Assembly (NCBI GenBank): GCA_034226945.1 | Contig: CP120456.1 | Coordinates: 248,001-312,000, forward strand | Direction of reading: 5' to 3' | Source of the DNA: Picochlorum sp. SENEW3 | Taxonomy: Eukaryota | DNA: 64,000 bases | Part shown: in pieces, positions 1 to 11,532 of the stretch | Position numbering within the stretch: position 1 is the stretch's first letter | Layout of the letters: each line of letters starts with the position of its first letter | Translations under genes and position numbers: made by a program | The notes under the pieces: generated by a model | What the model was told of the DNA's origin: nothing | The model's input: the letters and a program-made list of their open reading frames with translations, nothing else | The model's database searches: none

Positions 1-405
1 TCGGAAATGAAGCCGCGTTACAGGAAGAAATCGTTGTGAACAATTCTCTGCAACCGAAACGAACAAATCACGATGGGTTGCTTTTAGAGCAATCACTAGA
101 CTTTAAATGAATTCCATGTGCGTTTTAAGGGATTGTCAGACGGGGATACGCGTGTTCTAGACCAGTTTGAATGCCATGGCAATTCCCTATTTGGATATTC
201 AAACTCAGAGGATATTTTCGAACGAAACGCTGCACCGGAGTTTATTTTAGTGGCAAATACTAAAAGTAATTGTGATAGTGATTTCAATTGAGCACTAGGC
301 CGACTGAAAGCAAAGGAGCGAGAGATTGCTCTTAATTTTACAAGTTCAATTGCATTTTGCTATTAAAACGGGATTCCTAGATATTTCTCTGCTGCATTTA
401 CGACG

Positions 406-2520
406 ATGGTAGCGATAGATATATATAATCGTCCTTCAGCAGAGGGGCAAGGGAAGCAGGAGCAGCAAGATGACGAGACAGTGTTGCAAGAGCTTGTGTC
501 TCATGCTGGGAGCCGGCAGCATCTTGAGCGAGAAAAGGCGCTGCGCGCATTAGACGGTATGGCAGATCATTTTGAAGGAAAGGACGAATCGTCTGTATTT
601 GCGGGAGTGGTGCGCAAGAGCGCGGAGAACATGTTTCGATCTGTGGAGTGGGAGGAAAGGTTGGGTGGACTCAAGGTCTCAGAGCTGTTGGTTCGGCGTG
701 GGTTGGTAGACGACGACTTTGCTTTGAAATTATGCAAAGTATATTGCATGGATCTTCTCGAGGATTCTGAAGTGAGAGTGCGTTGGGCAGTTGGAGAACT
801 GCTTGGGGAATTGAGCAAGGTGTGCCAGTCATCTGTGAGCAAGGGTAGCACGTTACACTGTCATGTGTGGGAGTTGACGGGGAATACGATTTTGAAAAGC
901 ATCGAGAGAAATTATAGTCGAGATGCAGAAGATGGGGGCGAACCGTCCAGTAAAATTGCGTCCAAGGAGCATCATGAGAGTGATCCGATTGCCTCCCTCT
1001 TGCAGCAGAGTTATCAAGTTGTTGAACCAGGTAAAGGAGATATGAGGCATGGAACGGAGGGATGGAAATGCTTGGAGACGTCTTTCAGGGCTTTGAATAA
1101 TATCATGAAGGGATCAGGGGACGAGTTTCGTCAATATTTAGATGATGAGATTTTGGCTCTCGTGTACAAATCCCTCAAACACCCCAACCGCTTCATTCGG
1201 GAGATATGCCAGTTCATGCTTGGAACCGTCTGTGAGATTCTAAATGAAGATGAACTGTTTGAAAAGCACGTGGAACTCTCTGGAAGATTAGGGTTTGGAC
1301 TGAGCGATAATTGGAGCCAGGTTCGATATGCCGCATCTGTGGCAACAAGAAAGTTTGTTCTCGCAACACCTCACTATAAGGACGAGATTCTCCCCTTATT
1401 GGTTCCTCATATGTGTTTGAATAGATATTATGTGGCGGAAGGAGTGAGAACATACTCACAGGAGACATGGAGGCTTGCTGTTGGTGATGAAGGCAAGGAC
1501 TGGGTGGCACGATGTATTCAAAATGTTGTGAGTTATTATGTAGAACAGAGCGGGGCGAACAATCACGCAGTACGAGAAGCTGCTTGTGCATGTATTGCAG
1601 AGCTCATGGTCAAGGTAGATAGATCTGCTGTCTCTCCACATGTGCCCCGCTTGCTCTCTTGCCTACTCACGTGCTTCAGGGATGCATCTTGGCCAGTAAG
1701 AGATGCTGCATGCTTGGCGACAGGTCGTTGCGTATTAGCATTCCCAGATGAGAGCAGAGATATTTTAGAAAAACTCTATAATCTTTGGTTTGCTCACTTA
1801 GAAGAAAATATCTTCAGTGTGAGGGAGGATTCTGCTGTAGCCTTGGCCAATGCTGCCCGAGCTTACGGGGATGAAGCAATCACAAGAATCACGCAAAAAT
1901 TGGACGAAATGTTGCTCAAAGCGAAGAACCAAGAATCAGACAGTAAATCTCTGTCAAAACTAGAAAATGTGACGACATTTGGGGTAGCTGCTGCAAGAGC
2001 AAAGATAGCAAATGATAAAGATTCTCACACTGACAAGACAATGTTCTCATGCGGAAGCTTGGCACCAAAACTGAAACGAGGGGCAGATTGCTGTGGGGAT
2101 TATGGAATCAATAGACCAGCAGAGCCATGGGAGTCGAGTGATGGGTCGATTTATATGGTGCGAGAACTTGCTGCTGTCTCTCCCGAGGCAGTTGTGCCAT
2201 TCATCCCAGCCCTAGCAGAGCTCAGCAATCTGTACCATTTCACTCATTACGTTACCTTGCATGAAACATTGTGGCACTGTCTTCCGGTCATAGCTGAGAG
2301 AGTTGGAAAGAAAGTGTTCAAGCAACACTTGGAACTCTTTTTAGATTCCATGCTCAAGGACCTACAGTGTGACCACAGGTTGTGCCAAGCAGCTGCTGCA
2401 ACATGTATTGCTAAAGTTCAAAAGCTGATAGGAAAAGGCATTTTCCTAGGTCGCCTAACAGAACAACAGCTGCAAGAATACGAAAGATCCATGACGGAAT
2501 TGGGCGCATACATGATATGA
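406..2520 (+). CDS. HEAT/ARM-repeat protein of unknown function (704 aa)
   Basis: Long intact ORF with repeated HEAT-like motifs (DSEVRVRWAVG, DNWSQVRYAAS, NHAVREAACAC, DASWPVRDAAC, NIFSVREDSA). Confidence 0.75.
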   Translation: MVAIDIYNRPSAEGQGKQEQQDDETVLQELVSHAGSRQHLEREKALRALDGMADHFEGKDESSVFAGVVRKSAENMFRSVEWEERLGGLKVSELLVRRGLVDDDFALKLCKVYCMDLLEDSEVRVRWAVGELLGELSKVCQSSVSKGSTLHCHVWELTGNTILKSIERNYSRDAEDGGEPSSKIASKEHHESDPIASLLQQSYQVVEPGKGDMRHGTEGWKCLETSFRALNNIMKGSGDEFRQYLDDEILALVYKSLKHPNRFIREICQFMLGTVCEILNEDELFEKHVELSGRLGFGLSDNWSQVRYAASVATRKFVLATPHYKDEILPLLVPHMCLNRYYVAEGVRTYSQETWRLAVGDEGKDWVARCIQNVVSYYVEQSGANNHAVREAACACIAELMVKVDRSAVSPHVPRLLSCLLTCFRDASWPVRDAACLATGRCVLAFPDESRDILEKLYNLWFAHLEENIFSVREDSAVALANAARAYGDEAITRITQKLDEMLLKAKNQESDSKSLSKLENVTTFGVAAARAKIANDKDSHTDKTMFSCGSLAPKLKRGADCCGDYGINRPAEPWESSDGSIYMVRELAAVSPEAVVPFIPALAELSNLYHFTHYVTLHETLWHCLPVIAERVGKKVFKQHLELFLDSMLKDLQCDHRLCQAAAATCIAKVQKLIGKGIFLGRLTEQQLQEYERSMTELGAYMI

Positions 2521-2568
2521 TAATGTGTCACTCACTCAAGCTATTTCTACTACTGGGTGATGGTTTGT

Positions 2569-3819
2569 TTACACTCGAAACTGAGACTGGTAAAAATCAA
2601 TCAACGCTTTATTAAATTCTATCGGACACTCCTCCATAGGAATATGGCCACAATTATCAAATACTTTACTCTCCGTCACACATCCACTGCGCTCTTCCAA
2701 TATCTCCACTAAACATTTCCCAGAAGGTGTCAAAGGATCTGTCTCCCCTAGAGCAACAAGAATAGGCTGCTGCACCTTTGAGTAATCATACTGCATCGGT
2801 ATAGTAAACGAGCGCAGATTTAACAATGCCCCCATATCCCAATTGGCAGTTTTTAACGGAAGAAAATACCCGTCGATTGCTTCCTGCAGTAACATTTCCT
2901 CACTCAGATTGCTCTCATCCAATTCTCCATATCGCGCCGATGTGGCAGGATGTGGCCTGTATCCCAGGCCATTTTCCAATATAGAATTCTTTTGCTTTGC
3001 AATCATTCTCCGCACGAAACGCAGACCAGGTTCATCCATACTCATTATTGCTCGGGACAACACTATTCTTAGTTGTGTCCCAAAAGTTGCCCTGTTTTGA
3101 AAACTATACTCTTTTCTCGACGGCAATGCTGGAGCAACAAACACCAGACCATCCACCAATGTTGGATCAATCTCAGAAAGAAACAATGCCGTCAATGCCC
3201 CCGCTGAATGGCCCACGAGAACGCATGTCTCCACTCCCACTCTCTCCAAAAATGCTCTAGCCAACCTTGCTGTCCCATCAATCTCGTACGGATTAAAAGG
3301 CAATTCACAACCATCCCCCCATTCTATGGGCCTATCACTGAGCCCAAAAGGCGGTCTATCAAAAGCAATCACACGGGCACCAGTAGCTTGAGCTATGTAC
3401 TCACAGGTACCTCTCCAAGAGAACAGACTTGCATTATACCCATGCAATTTCACAATCACTGGCAAAGAAGGATCCCAATTGTCAGGAATTACATCTCTAT
3501 AATGTATGCGGACACCGTATACTGTCTCAAAGCGACAGTCCCCACCATCCTCGACCAAACTCTCTGATGGAATGACTGGGTCACTGGGCACAAGACTAGC
3601 ATCCGACCCATTGAGGAAATCAGGCAGTATTGGAAGTACCAAATCCTGGACCCAAGGTAATGAATCTCTCCTTGTCTGTTCTAGGATGCGCTGAACTAGG
3701 TCAAATTCCTTCTCCCGCTTCGAGTGAACGACTACACCTGTGGTCCTAGGAGAAGGAGGAGACGTCAACAGAAGCCTCGGGTGATTTTGTTGACCCAAAC
3801 ATCGCCTCGACAATCTCAT
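2569..3819 (-). CDS. Alpha/beta hydrolase fold protein
   Basis: LHG oxyanion motif, DRPPFGLS, nucleophile elbow GHSAG, C-terminal CGHIPMEE histidine. Confidence 0.85.
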   Translation of the reverse strand: MRLSRRCLGQQNHPRLLLTSPPSPRTTGVVVHSKREKEFDLVQRILEQTRRDSLPWVQDLVLPILPDFLNGSDASLVPSDPVIPSESLVEDGGDCRFETVYGVRIHYRDVIPDNWDPSLPVIVKLHGYNASLFSWRGTCEYIAQATGARVIAFDRPPFGLSDRPIEWGDGCELPFNPYEIDGTARLARAFLERVGVETCVLVGHSAGALTALFLSEIDPTLVDGLVFVAPALPSRKEYSFQNRATFGTQLRIVLSRAIMSMDEPGLRFVRRMIAKQKNSILENGLGYRPHPATSARYGELDESNLSEEMLLQEAIDGYFLPLKTANWDMGALLNLRSFTIPMQYDYSKVQQPILVALGETDPLTPSGKCLVEILEERSGCVTESKVFDNCGHIPMEECPIEFNKALIDFYQSQFRV

Positions 3820-4129
3820 TTAATAACCATATATATGCTTTCGATTCTTTTTAAAGTGAATCTGGGTGAAACTATTTCAGATCAACATCAGTCCCATCGC
3901 TCGATGACCAATCGCTCGGAAAAACCCTACAACGCATGGCAAGGGTTTTGGAACTCCAGATCTCCAGATCTTACTGGAGATCTGATGTCGACGTGTTTCT
4001 AGAAGAAGACGGGGCTTCCATGGACCCTGTCACTTTGAAAATAGGTACATTGCCTCTTAACAGACTTCCAATACATTCATTTGCGTACTCTGTTAGTATT
4101 ATTATTGCGTGTTGAAGCACGAGGAGACG

Positions 4130-5107
4130 ATGACGAAATTGGACACTTGTGTCTCTGGTGACATGTCCAACCACAGAGACAAGGAGAAAAAAAACGATTC
4201 TGAACCACGTGAGGCTGATCTGACACAATCTCTGATGGAAATTTTACAGAAAAATGGTGCGAAAAGCCCTGTGAAGCACGGTCGCGATCCTCCTTCGTCC
4301 ACCCTCCATGAGAGGGTGCCCAGTGACATTGTGGCCATCACAAAGCCTATTGTCAAATACGACGGATTTGGTCATTCAAAGTATGCATGGACCAGTCAAC
4401 TGATGAAGTCCATTGACTCGTCTCTATTCAAGACTGTGCATGGGTTTACAGAGAAATCAGGGATTTACGTGTACAAGAGGCCAGTGCGAACTGGATCACC
4501 AGAGCTGCTGTCTCTGTTGGAGCAGGCCGGAAGTGTATTTCACCACGTTGCCGTGTACCTGCAATATGACAGTGATTCTCCTATATCAATGCTTGAATAT
4601 GGTCCGGATAATGACGATGATATAACATCTCACGCGAATGCTGAAGTACCCTGCGCTCCAGTGTTGAATACGGCACCACCAGAGCCAGAGAAGGAATGTC
4701 TTCCAATGCTGCACATCACCGTTGATCCGGTCGACTTGGATGCCGCGCATGTTCAAGCGGCGATTGAATTTGCCTCTCAGCAGAAATATCAGGCATTGCG
4801 AAGGAATTGCATTGCATTTGCAGATTTTATGATTAGGGTTTTGACCCACAACCACGTGAAGCATGCGCCTCTTGTCTTTGATGTCATGTGTGGGAAAGTG
4901 CCTCAGACTGACAGTCCTTTGCTTCATATGGTGTACTTGATGGAGCGATTGACTTGGTTTGATGTGTGTGATGGTGGGAGGTTGATGCGAGAATTCCTTG
5001 CGTCTGTTAGGAAGGAACATGTGGAGGAATTTTTGAGCAAGGCTCAGAAAGATGAGAAGAAGATTGTTGTTGATCTGCCTCCACTCAAAAAGAAGAGAAA
5101 GCCATGA
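4130..5107 (+). CDS. Uncharacterised protein with permuted papain-like (PPPDE/LRAT-like) domain
   Basis: FHHVAVYL...LEYGP...KYQALRRNCIAFADF places His before an NCxxF cysteine; basic C-terminus (LKKKRKP). First in-frame ATG at 4130. Confidence 0.55.
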   Translation: MTKLDTCVSGDMSNHRDKEKKNDSEPREADLTQSLMEILQKNGAKSPVKHGRDPPSSTLHERVPSDIVAITKPIVKYDGFGHSKYAWTSQLMKSIDSSLFKTVHGFTEKSGIYVYKRPVRTGSPELLSLLEQAGSVFHHVAVYLQYDSDSPISMLEYGPDNDDDITSHANAEVPCAPVLNTAPPEPEKECLPMLHITVDPVDLDAAHVQAAIEFASQQKYQALRRNCIAFADFMIRVLTHNHVKHAPLVFDVMCGKVPQTDSPLLHMVYLMERLTWFDVCDGGRLMREFLASVRKEHVEEFLSKAQKDEKKIVVDLPPLKKKRKP

Positions 5108-5208
5108 TGGCATTGATATTTGAATGTATTACTATTACTTCGCATTTCATTGAATAATAATGTAAAAACTGCATGGACACACGCATCAGTGAGAGGAAAA
5201 CACGGTGT

Positions 5209-7474
5209 CTATCTACGGTATCCTCTGCGCTGAAAATTGAAATAAAGCTGCAATATGCCGCGGTCAAATGTGCACTTGAAACCTCTATGTGGTTCACTTG
5301 CCCATCTTTTATTTACTATTCTGAAAGCAACATCTTCATATGGAGGCCCTCCTGAGAATCGTATGATACATGTTCCACCATCTGAGCTGTCAGGGTCCTT
5401 TTCAATGGTGTAGGTTGGCGTTTTGGCTGGGTCGATGAGGTCAGGATAAAATATGTTGAATTTGTATCCTTGGACGACTTTGGGCGGTGGATTTTCTCGA
5501 TCATAGTGTGCTTTATTGTACTTGTTCCACTCAAATGCTGTGTGGACACGGTTAAAGTACTTGGGCTTTCGTGGTTTGTATTTCTCATGCCACCAGTACA
5601 CCTGTGACTTGATGTCCACCTCGCCCCCGAAAGCTGTGTCTTCCTGATCGTTTCCCATGGAACTGGCTGCAATAGCTCGGAACTGTTTGTCTTGTAATGT
5701 GTCCGGATTCGAGCCCCCTGGCTCGGTTAGTCGCTGCGTAAGAGAACTAGACATGCCCAACAATGCACCGGCATCTTCCGGATTGGACATCATTTTCCTG
5801 TACAAGTCATCTGCGAATGAGCGAGCCGTGTACTCTTTTGACGCTTGATTTGCCGCATCAACAAGATTTTTGGATTTTTGTAGTAACGCTCGCTCTCTTG
5901 CAAGATTGATCATGTTTTGATCATCCTTTTCTGGAATGATATTCTGGCCCACTGTGAAGGCAGGATCTAATGGTCTGGGTGACGCACTGCCATCTCCAAG
6001 ACATGCACGCTGCTCTTCTTGAGTCATTTCATTCCATGTTAATGGTTCTCCTCTCTCAACGAGTTTTTGTCGTTGCTCGAGGGCATCATTTGTCGAAACA
6101 GTCACGTGTTGCTCTATGTCTGCCTCAGGCTGCTCATCCTCTTCTTCCAGTTTAATTTCGTCTGGATTCGTCTGAGCTCCCTCTTCCTTGACAGGAACTT
6201 CCTTTTCTTCTTCCTCCTCTTTCTTCACGGCGGCTTTTTCCGCTTCAGCCCTTGCTTGAGCAGCTCGCTCAAGTCCTCCCATGGCAGCTCTTGGAGCACC
6301 ATGTCTCAACTTCTCCAGTCCTTTTCCCATCAGAGACATGTGGAACTCTCTAAGAATCGCCTTTGATTTATACAAATCAAGTCGACGAAGCACTGACGAC
6401 CAATAATCCGGATCTGCTGCATTTCCAGAGTCCAATTCTGCCAGAATCCCAGACTCGAGGCTTTCTAACTCACCCAACGTCTTCCCATCCAGCATACCAG
6501 CTATATCACTCTCAAGACTAGGGTGCCAGCCAGCTTCTCTATGACGTACGTCCTCCGGAACAGGCAATCCCTTCAACTGTGCCTTGTCAATCTCCTCCTG
6601 CCGTCGCGCTCCCAACAATGTATGGCGTGTCACATCAGCCAGTGCCCTCCAGAACTCATCATGCTCTCTATTCGATGCATCTAATTCACTATACTCTTTA
6701 ATATGATCCAACAATTCTTCTAGCTGAAACAACGTCAGCCCACTGATGAACATATTTGGGTCCTGCGCAGTCTGATCAAACCCATCGAGCAAGAACAGAT
6801 TATTCGTAATAATATCAATAGCTTTCGGCCTCCCAGCGGCAAGCCGTTGCTTCGCCCTAACCTTGGCCTGTTCTAAATGAAATTCGTCTTCTTGTTTCTC
6901 CAACTCCACCGCTTCAGCCCTCGCCCTCTCTCTTTGAACAAGTTCCAACTCCTCTGCCATAGCAGCCCTCTCACGCTCACGCTGCTCACGGCGCTTCTGA
7001 ATCTTCTCAATCTCATTCATACGTTCATAATGTCTTTTAGAGTGCGCTGATGCCGTGAAATCTTTCACAGTAGCACCCCGAGCAATGTCCTTTTCAATCT
7101 TTTTTCCCCACACAAACCGTTCGTTTACTCTCGAGTCCCCAAAAGGATTATCCTCGTCCGTATACCCTGTCGGCATGTCCTGTGGACCATGTTTTCTCAA
7201 ATGCTTCTCAACTTTCTTCGCCTACAGACATAGACATAACGCAACAAAGTCGGGTAAGTCGAAATGCAATGGGATACCAATGCCACATGTGTCTAAAACA
7301 TACCAATGCTCGCTCCTTTCGCTCTTTCCTCCTGTCTTCATCATCTGAGGAATACTCATGATATTTTCGACTCCTTCTTTTGCGACGTCGTTCCGTATCC
7401 TCATCACGATATCTCTCAGAACGATCATGTCTTCGCCTTCGCCTGCTTCTGTCACGTTGCTCGTCGTCGCCCAT
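5209..7474 (-). CDS. CACTIN: Cactin (spliceosome-associated), 2 exons
   Basis: GYTDEDNPFGD..FVWGKK N-terminal motif, FHLEQAKVR, and C-terminal KYKPRKPKYFNRVHT...NPPPKVVQGYKFNIFYPDL...GPPYEDVAF; RS-rich exon 1 joined through a GT-AG intron at about 7222-7302. Confidence 0.93.
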
Positions 7475-7654
7475 TCCAAATAGAGCAACGATATTACTAT
7501 TGCTATGTATTACAATTTCGAATCAAATACGTATGACGCGATAGGAGGACAACAACAAGGTATTCTGTTCTTATTCTTTTTTTTGATGTTGCAACAATTC
7601 AGTGATGAATATTGCCCAATATTGGGAAAATAAAAATAACCTTGATCAATGCAT

Positions 7655-9229
7655 TTATGCAATACCATCATCAAAGAACGAGTCCCAATCTGTCGGTTTT
7701 CCTTCTTTATCGAGCAATCCTAAGCGTTTGAGTCGGCGATCACCATAGTACTCGAGTGACTCTAACAGTCCCATTCTGTCTTCAAAGAAGCGCAGCGTAG
7801 CCTCCAGCACTTCCTTTTCCTTCAATCTCAATGACACAGCTGCCTTTTCATTAGACATTCCTTCCATTCTATTCAATAAGGCAATGTCGTCATCAATCTT
7901 TGTAGGATATGTTTGCAACACCGCAGCGCAACCAGATATCATGGATTCATACACTGCCCTTTCATTTTCCTCACTGACTGGCAGATTCACATGCCCCCAT
8001 ACCTCATTCCTGAAAATTGATTCCAACAGAAACGCATCTGCGTTATCTAAATTAATCAGTCGAAGCATCGCCAGCATCGTTTCCGGAGGTGGAGCGCCAC
8101 TTTCCAGTACAAATTCAGTGGATGCCTGTAGTCCCTGAAGTTCCAGAATATCAATCTTATCGTCATAAAATCTATCAGTCTCTGGCAAGACTAGAGTGAT
8201 TGCAAACGTTCCTGGAGCATTCACATCAAATTTGCCGTGATTCAACAACACATGGCCCTCTGAGAAGCCTGGTGCATAGTCACAGGACACCTCCTCCCCT
8301 TGTCCAATAGCCTTGATAGCTTTCACAACAAGAGACTTTTCTCCACTAAACAATCCCCCAGATTGAACCGACAATTCACTATTACCTTGGCGTCTATGTA
8401 CCAGACAATCAATCCCCGGTACAAGAGCCAAATTCTCCCCTGTGAGAGGACCAACTCCCATGGCTCGAACAATACATGCTGCCCTCACAAATGCCTCCTC
8501 CGTATACACACCATCTCGAAATCGTTCATCCAACGACTGATACGTTTCAGAAAAGAAAGATCTATACGTACGCACAGACTCTTCTATCTGAGTCCCTTGC
8601 AACAAGGCCAGATCATCCTCCTTCCACAAGATTGGCGTCGAGGGTGGATACTCCATCCACGCAGCCACAACATCCGCCCACTGGGTCTCCTTCGCCTCAT
8701 TCTCATGAATCAAAAACAAAGACAATGCAGCCCACGTGTCTATATCGTTCACATATGGACCTATGCAATCCTCAACCACCCCCTCTCTCCTTATCCACAG
8801 ACTCTCTGGAATAGAAGCAACAGTCTCACCAAGAGCAACCCCTTTACTTGTCCGAGCCATTGAATCCTGAACCGATGTCATATGAAATTTCTTCAACGAT
8901 GAGCTATCATGAGACATACGCTCCAGCCATGCCACAGAATCGTCGCGGGACACAGCTTTCAATTTCATTCCAAGCAACTGCGAAGCAGATTTCTCCATGC
9001 GCCATGATGCCAAGCCATGCATTTTTTTAGACATATATGAGATATTGGTGTTAATTCTACACGCATTGCGTTGTGTCATGCCTAGATATGCTCTATTGGA
9101 GAGATTATTCTGTGGTTTGATTGATCCACCCAATCCATGGAGGTTTTGGCCCACCATACTGCCACTACAGTCCATACTGAATATATTTTTATGATTTATC
9201 TGAAGTAGCGACACATGTGTGTATGCCAC
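7655..9229 (-). CDS. LSMT: Rubisco LSMT-family SET-domain methyltransferase, plastid-type; start uncertain
   Basis: SET-like core followed by the substrate-binding domain DRFYDDKIDILE...DAFLLESIFRNEVWGH...PVSEENE...LEYYGDRRLKRLGL. Confidence 0.85.
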   Translation of the reverse strand: MAYTHVSLLQINHKNIFSMDCSGSMVGQNLHGLGGSIKPQNNLSNRAYLGMTQRNACRINTNISYMSKKMHGLASWRMEKSASQLLGMKLKAVSRDDSVAWLERMSHDSSSLKKFHMTSVQDSMARTSKGVALGETVASIPESLWIRREGVVEDCIGPYVNDIDTWAALSLFLIHENEAKETQWADVVAAWMEYPPSTPILWKEDDLALLQGTQIEESVRTYRSFFSETYQSLDERFRDGVYTEEAFVRAACIVRAMGVGPLTGENLALVPGIDCLVHRRQGNSELSVQSGGLFSGEKSLVVKAIKAIGQGEEVSCDYAPGFSEGHVLLNHGKFDVNAPGTFAITLVLPETDRFYDDKIDILELQGLQASTEFVLESGAPPPETMLAMLRLINLDNADAFLLESIFRNEVWGHVNLPVSEENERAVYESMISGCAAVLQTYPTKIDDDIALLNRMEGMSNEKAAVSLRLKEKEVLEATLRFFEDRMGLLESLEYYGDRRLKRLGLLDKEGKPTDWDSFFDDGIA

Positions 9230-9522
9230 TGTATCTTACTACCAAGAGATCTTTGTTCACAAGAGATCTGTTGGAGATCTCGGCGTCTCTCATCATCATG
9301 AAAAAAAGAGAAGACGCATTCTCCTCAAGGCTAGTACCAAAATTTAAATTAAAAAATACCTGTAAATTGCCATATACCAAGCAAGACCACGTGTTCTGTC
9401 GTAGTCCAGCTTTTCAAATTCCATGTTCCACATCTAGTCTTGGTAGTTCTGCACTCATTCGTCGATTTCATAGGCTCTATTGTAGACATTTCATGTACAT
9501 GAAATAGATATAAAGCAAAGAT

Positions 9523-10863
9523 ATGGTGGAGTCGGGCCGTAGTCGCCTCGTAGCCGGGTCAAAGGGGTGGGGCCAGTTGCTTCGAATTATTGCCAGAGTA
9601 TTCTATTCTGGGGAGATTCCTCCGAAAGAAGAAGAGGAGGAAACTGCCGGAGGAAAGAATGGGAACAAGTCGCATTGGCAGCGTGGGTCATATGAAGGCT
9701 TGGGTGTGCTGTTGTTGGACTTTTTGGCATCAGACAGTGTGGAGGGGTTTGTGGATGAGTCTGTGTTGGCTGCGGAGTTGCGGTTGTCACAAAAGTTTAT
9801 TAGGAAAACCTTGAGGTATTTAGAAAGTGAGCATTTACTCGTGTCTGAGAGTGTCAAGTTTGCGTTTCGGCGGACCAATGTAGAGCAGCCTGATGATGAG
9901 GAGATTGAAGTGAAGAAGCGGCATGAAACCCATGTGTTTTGGGCTGTTGATTATCCTAGGGTGTTGGACACCGTGCGGTTGAAGATTCGAGGGATTCAGG
10001 AGCTTCTCAAGAGGAATAGTGGGAATAGTGTGTCGATTGTGACGTACCAGTGTCCTTCCTGTGGGGCACGGTTTAGCAGTCTTGAAGCAGCGTCACTGAT
10101 TGATCCCATAGAGGGGGTGTTTCGGTGTGAAGAGTGTCACTCTGTGTTGGAAGAAAAAGGCGGTGAAGAGGTGGCTGGGCTGAGTGGGTCGAGCATGGCA
10201 TCGAAGAAGGAGCGACAGCATTTTTTCAAGGACTTGGCAGTCAGGTTTGAAGCACAAATCAAGCCTATTGTGCAGCAGATGGATGCACTCAGCGGTATGG
10301 ATCCTCCTGATCCAGGATCTCTTAAGGATTGGTACACGGCTCGTAAAAATGAAGCAACGAAGAGAGCACAACGTTTAGAGGAAGCACGAGCAAAGTTCAA
10401 ATCGTCAGGTGCTTCTGGTGCTATTGATATGACAGAAGAGCAGTTGTTGGAGTGGGCAGACAGAGCAGAGATGGTGATTGAGCTTGCAGGCACAAAGACG
10501 AGTGATGTTGTTGAAGAAGAGAGGAAAGAACTTCCGGCGTGGTTCAAAAAACAACACGAGGCATCAGATAGTGTGGCTCAAGAATCGCATCCTGCTGAGG
10601 AGCAAAAGCAGAAACAGTTGGAAATGGAATACTTGCAGCAATATTTGAGGACTGTTGAAGCTATGAAAGCAGGAGGGAGTGAGGATGTAAAAGAAGAAAA
10701 AGAAGAGATTGTTGCAAAGAAGGAAGAAGAAGCCGAAGAAGAACAAGTCGCCTTGCCACCACATGCCAAGAGGATCAAGGTAGAGGGACAGCCTGATGAG
10801 CAGCAGCAGCAGAATGGGGTTGATGAACAAGAAGAGGAGGAAGACGAATGGGAAGATGCATAA
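9523..10863 (+). CDS. GTF2E1: General transcription factor TFIIE alpha subunit
   Basis: N-terminal winged helix, zinc ribbon YQCPSC...FRCEEC, LPAWF motif and acidic EDEWEDA tail. Confidence 0.88.
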   Translation: MVESGRSRLVAGSKGWGQLLRIIARVFYSGEIPPKEEEEETAGGKNGNKSHWQRGSYEGLGVLLLDFLASDSVEGFVDESVLAAELRLSQKFIRKTLRYLESEHLLVSESVKFAFRRTNVEQPDDEEIEVKKRHETHVFWAVDYPRVLDTVRLKIRGIQELLKRNSGNSVSIVTYQCPSCGARFSSLEAASLIDPIEGVFRCEECHSVLEEKGGEEVAGLSGSSMASKKERQHFFKDLAVRFEAQIKPIVQQMDALSGMDPPDPGSLKDWYTARKNEATKRAQRLEEARAKFKSSGASGAIDMTEEQLLEWADRAEMVIELAGTKTSDVVEEERKELPAWFKKQHEASDSVAQESHPAEEQKQKQLEMEYLQQYLRTVEAMKAGGSEDVKEEKEEIVAKKEEEAEEEQVALPPHAKRIKVEGQPDEQQQQNGVDEQEEEEDEWEDA

Positions 10864-10902
10864 TAATTTATAATACCAAAATTTGTGAACAGTACCATAA
10901 TA

Positions 10903-11430
10903 ATGAATAGCTTTCTTTTTGCCGACTCGGCTGGGCCAAAAGTCCAACGTTTGTACCACCAGTCTCACTATGTCTTAGCAGGGCTGATTCCTGCTACCTT
11001 AGTATCAGAAAAATCAAGCATACCAGCAAAATTATCAGACATTGGATTGGCAGCAGCTATTCCTGTGCATAGCCACATTGCCATGAACTACGGTGCGGTT
11101 TTTATTCTCTGCAAACCGTATCTATGTGTACGGGTTTTGATGAATCTATGGCTGAATATACTATATATGTGCAGTTGTGAGTGATTATATCCCCAAATCT
11201 GCTCAGTTTCCTGTCCGAGCGGGTGTTGCTGGTTTGACAGGTGTCATGTTCTTAGGTCTACTCAAGACTGCCATCTTGGGTCCTGGTATTGGAGGTGTGT
11301 GAGGTTGATATATTTCAGATATATGCGTTAGATCAAGAAACGTTTGGGTGGATGTGACGTGTTTATATATTGTTCAATCATTACAGGTGCAATTAAGGAG
11401 CTTTGGAGCTCGTCTCCCTCGAAAAAGTAG
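10903..11430 (+). CDS. SDH4: Succinate dehydrogenase small membrane anchor subunit (CybS/SDH4), 3 exons
   Basis: Spliced product ...AAIPVHSHIAMNY-VVSDYIP...GPGIGG-AIKELW matches the CybS HxxxG/VxxDY pattern; introns 11093-11174 and about 11295-11386. Confidence 0.85.
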
Positions 11431-11532
11431 AGGAAAAAAAAAGAACCAAAGTAGTACAGGGGGTGCCCAATCCTACCTTGATACAAAGAGTAGTAGCCAA
11501 ATTATTTTGTAAATAATACACATCAGTATCAG

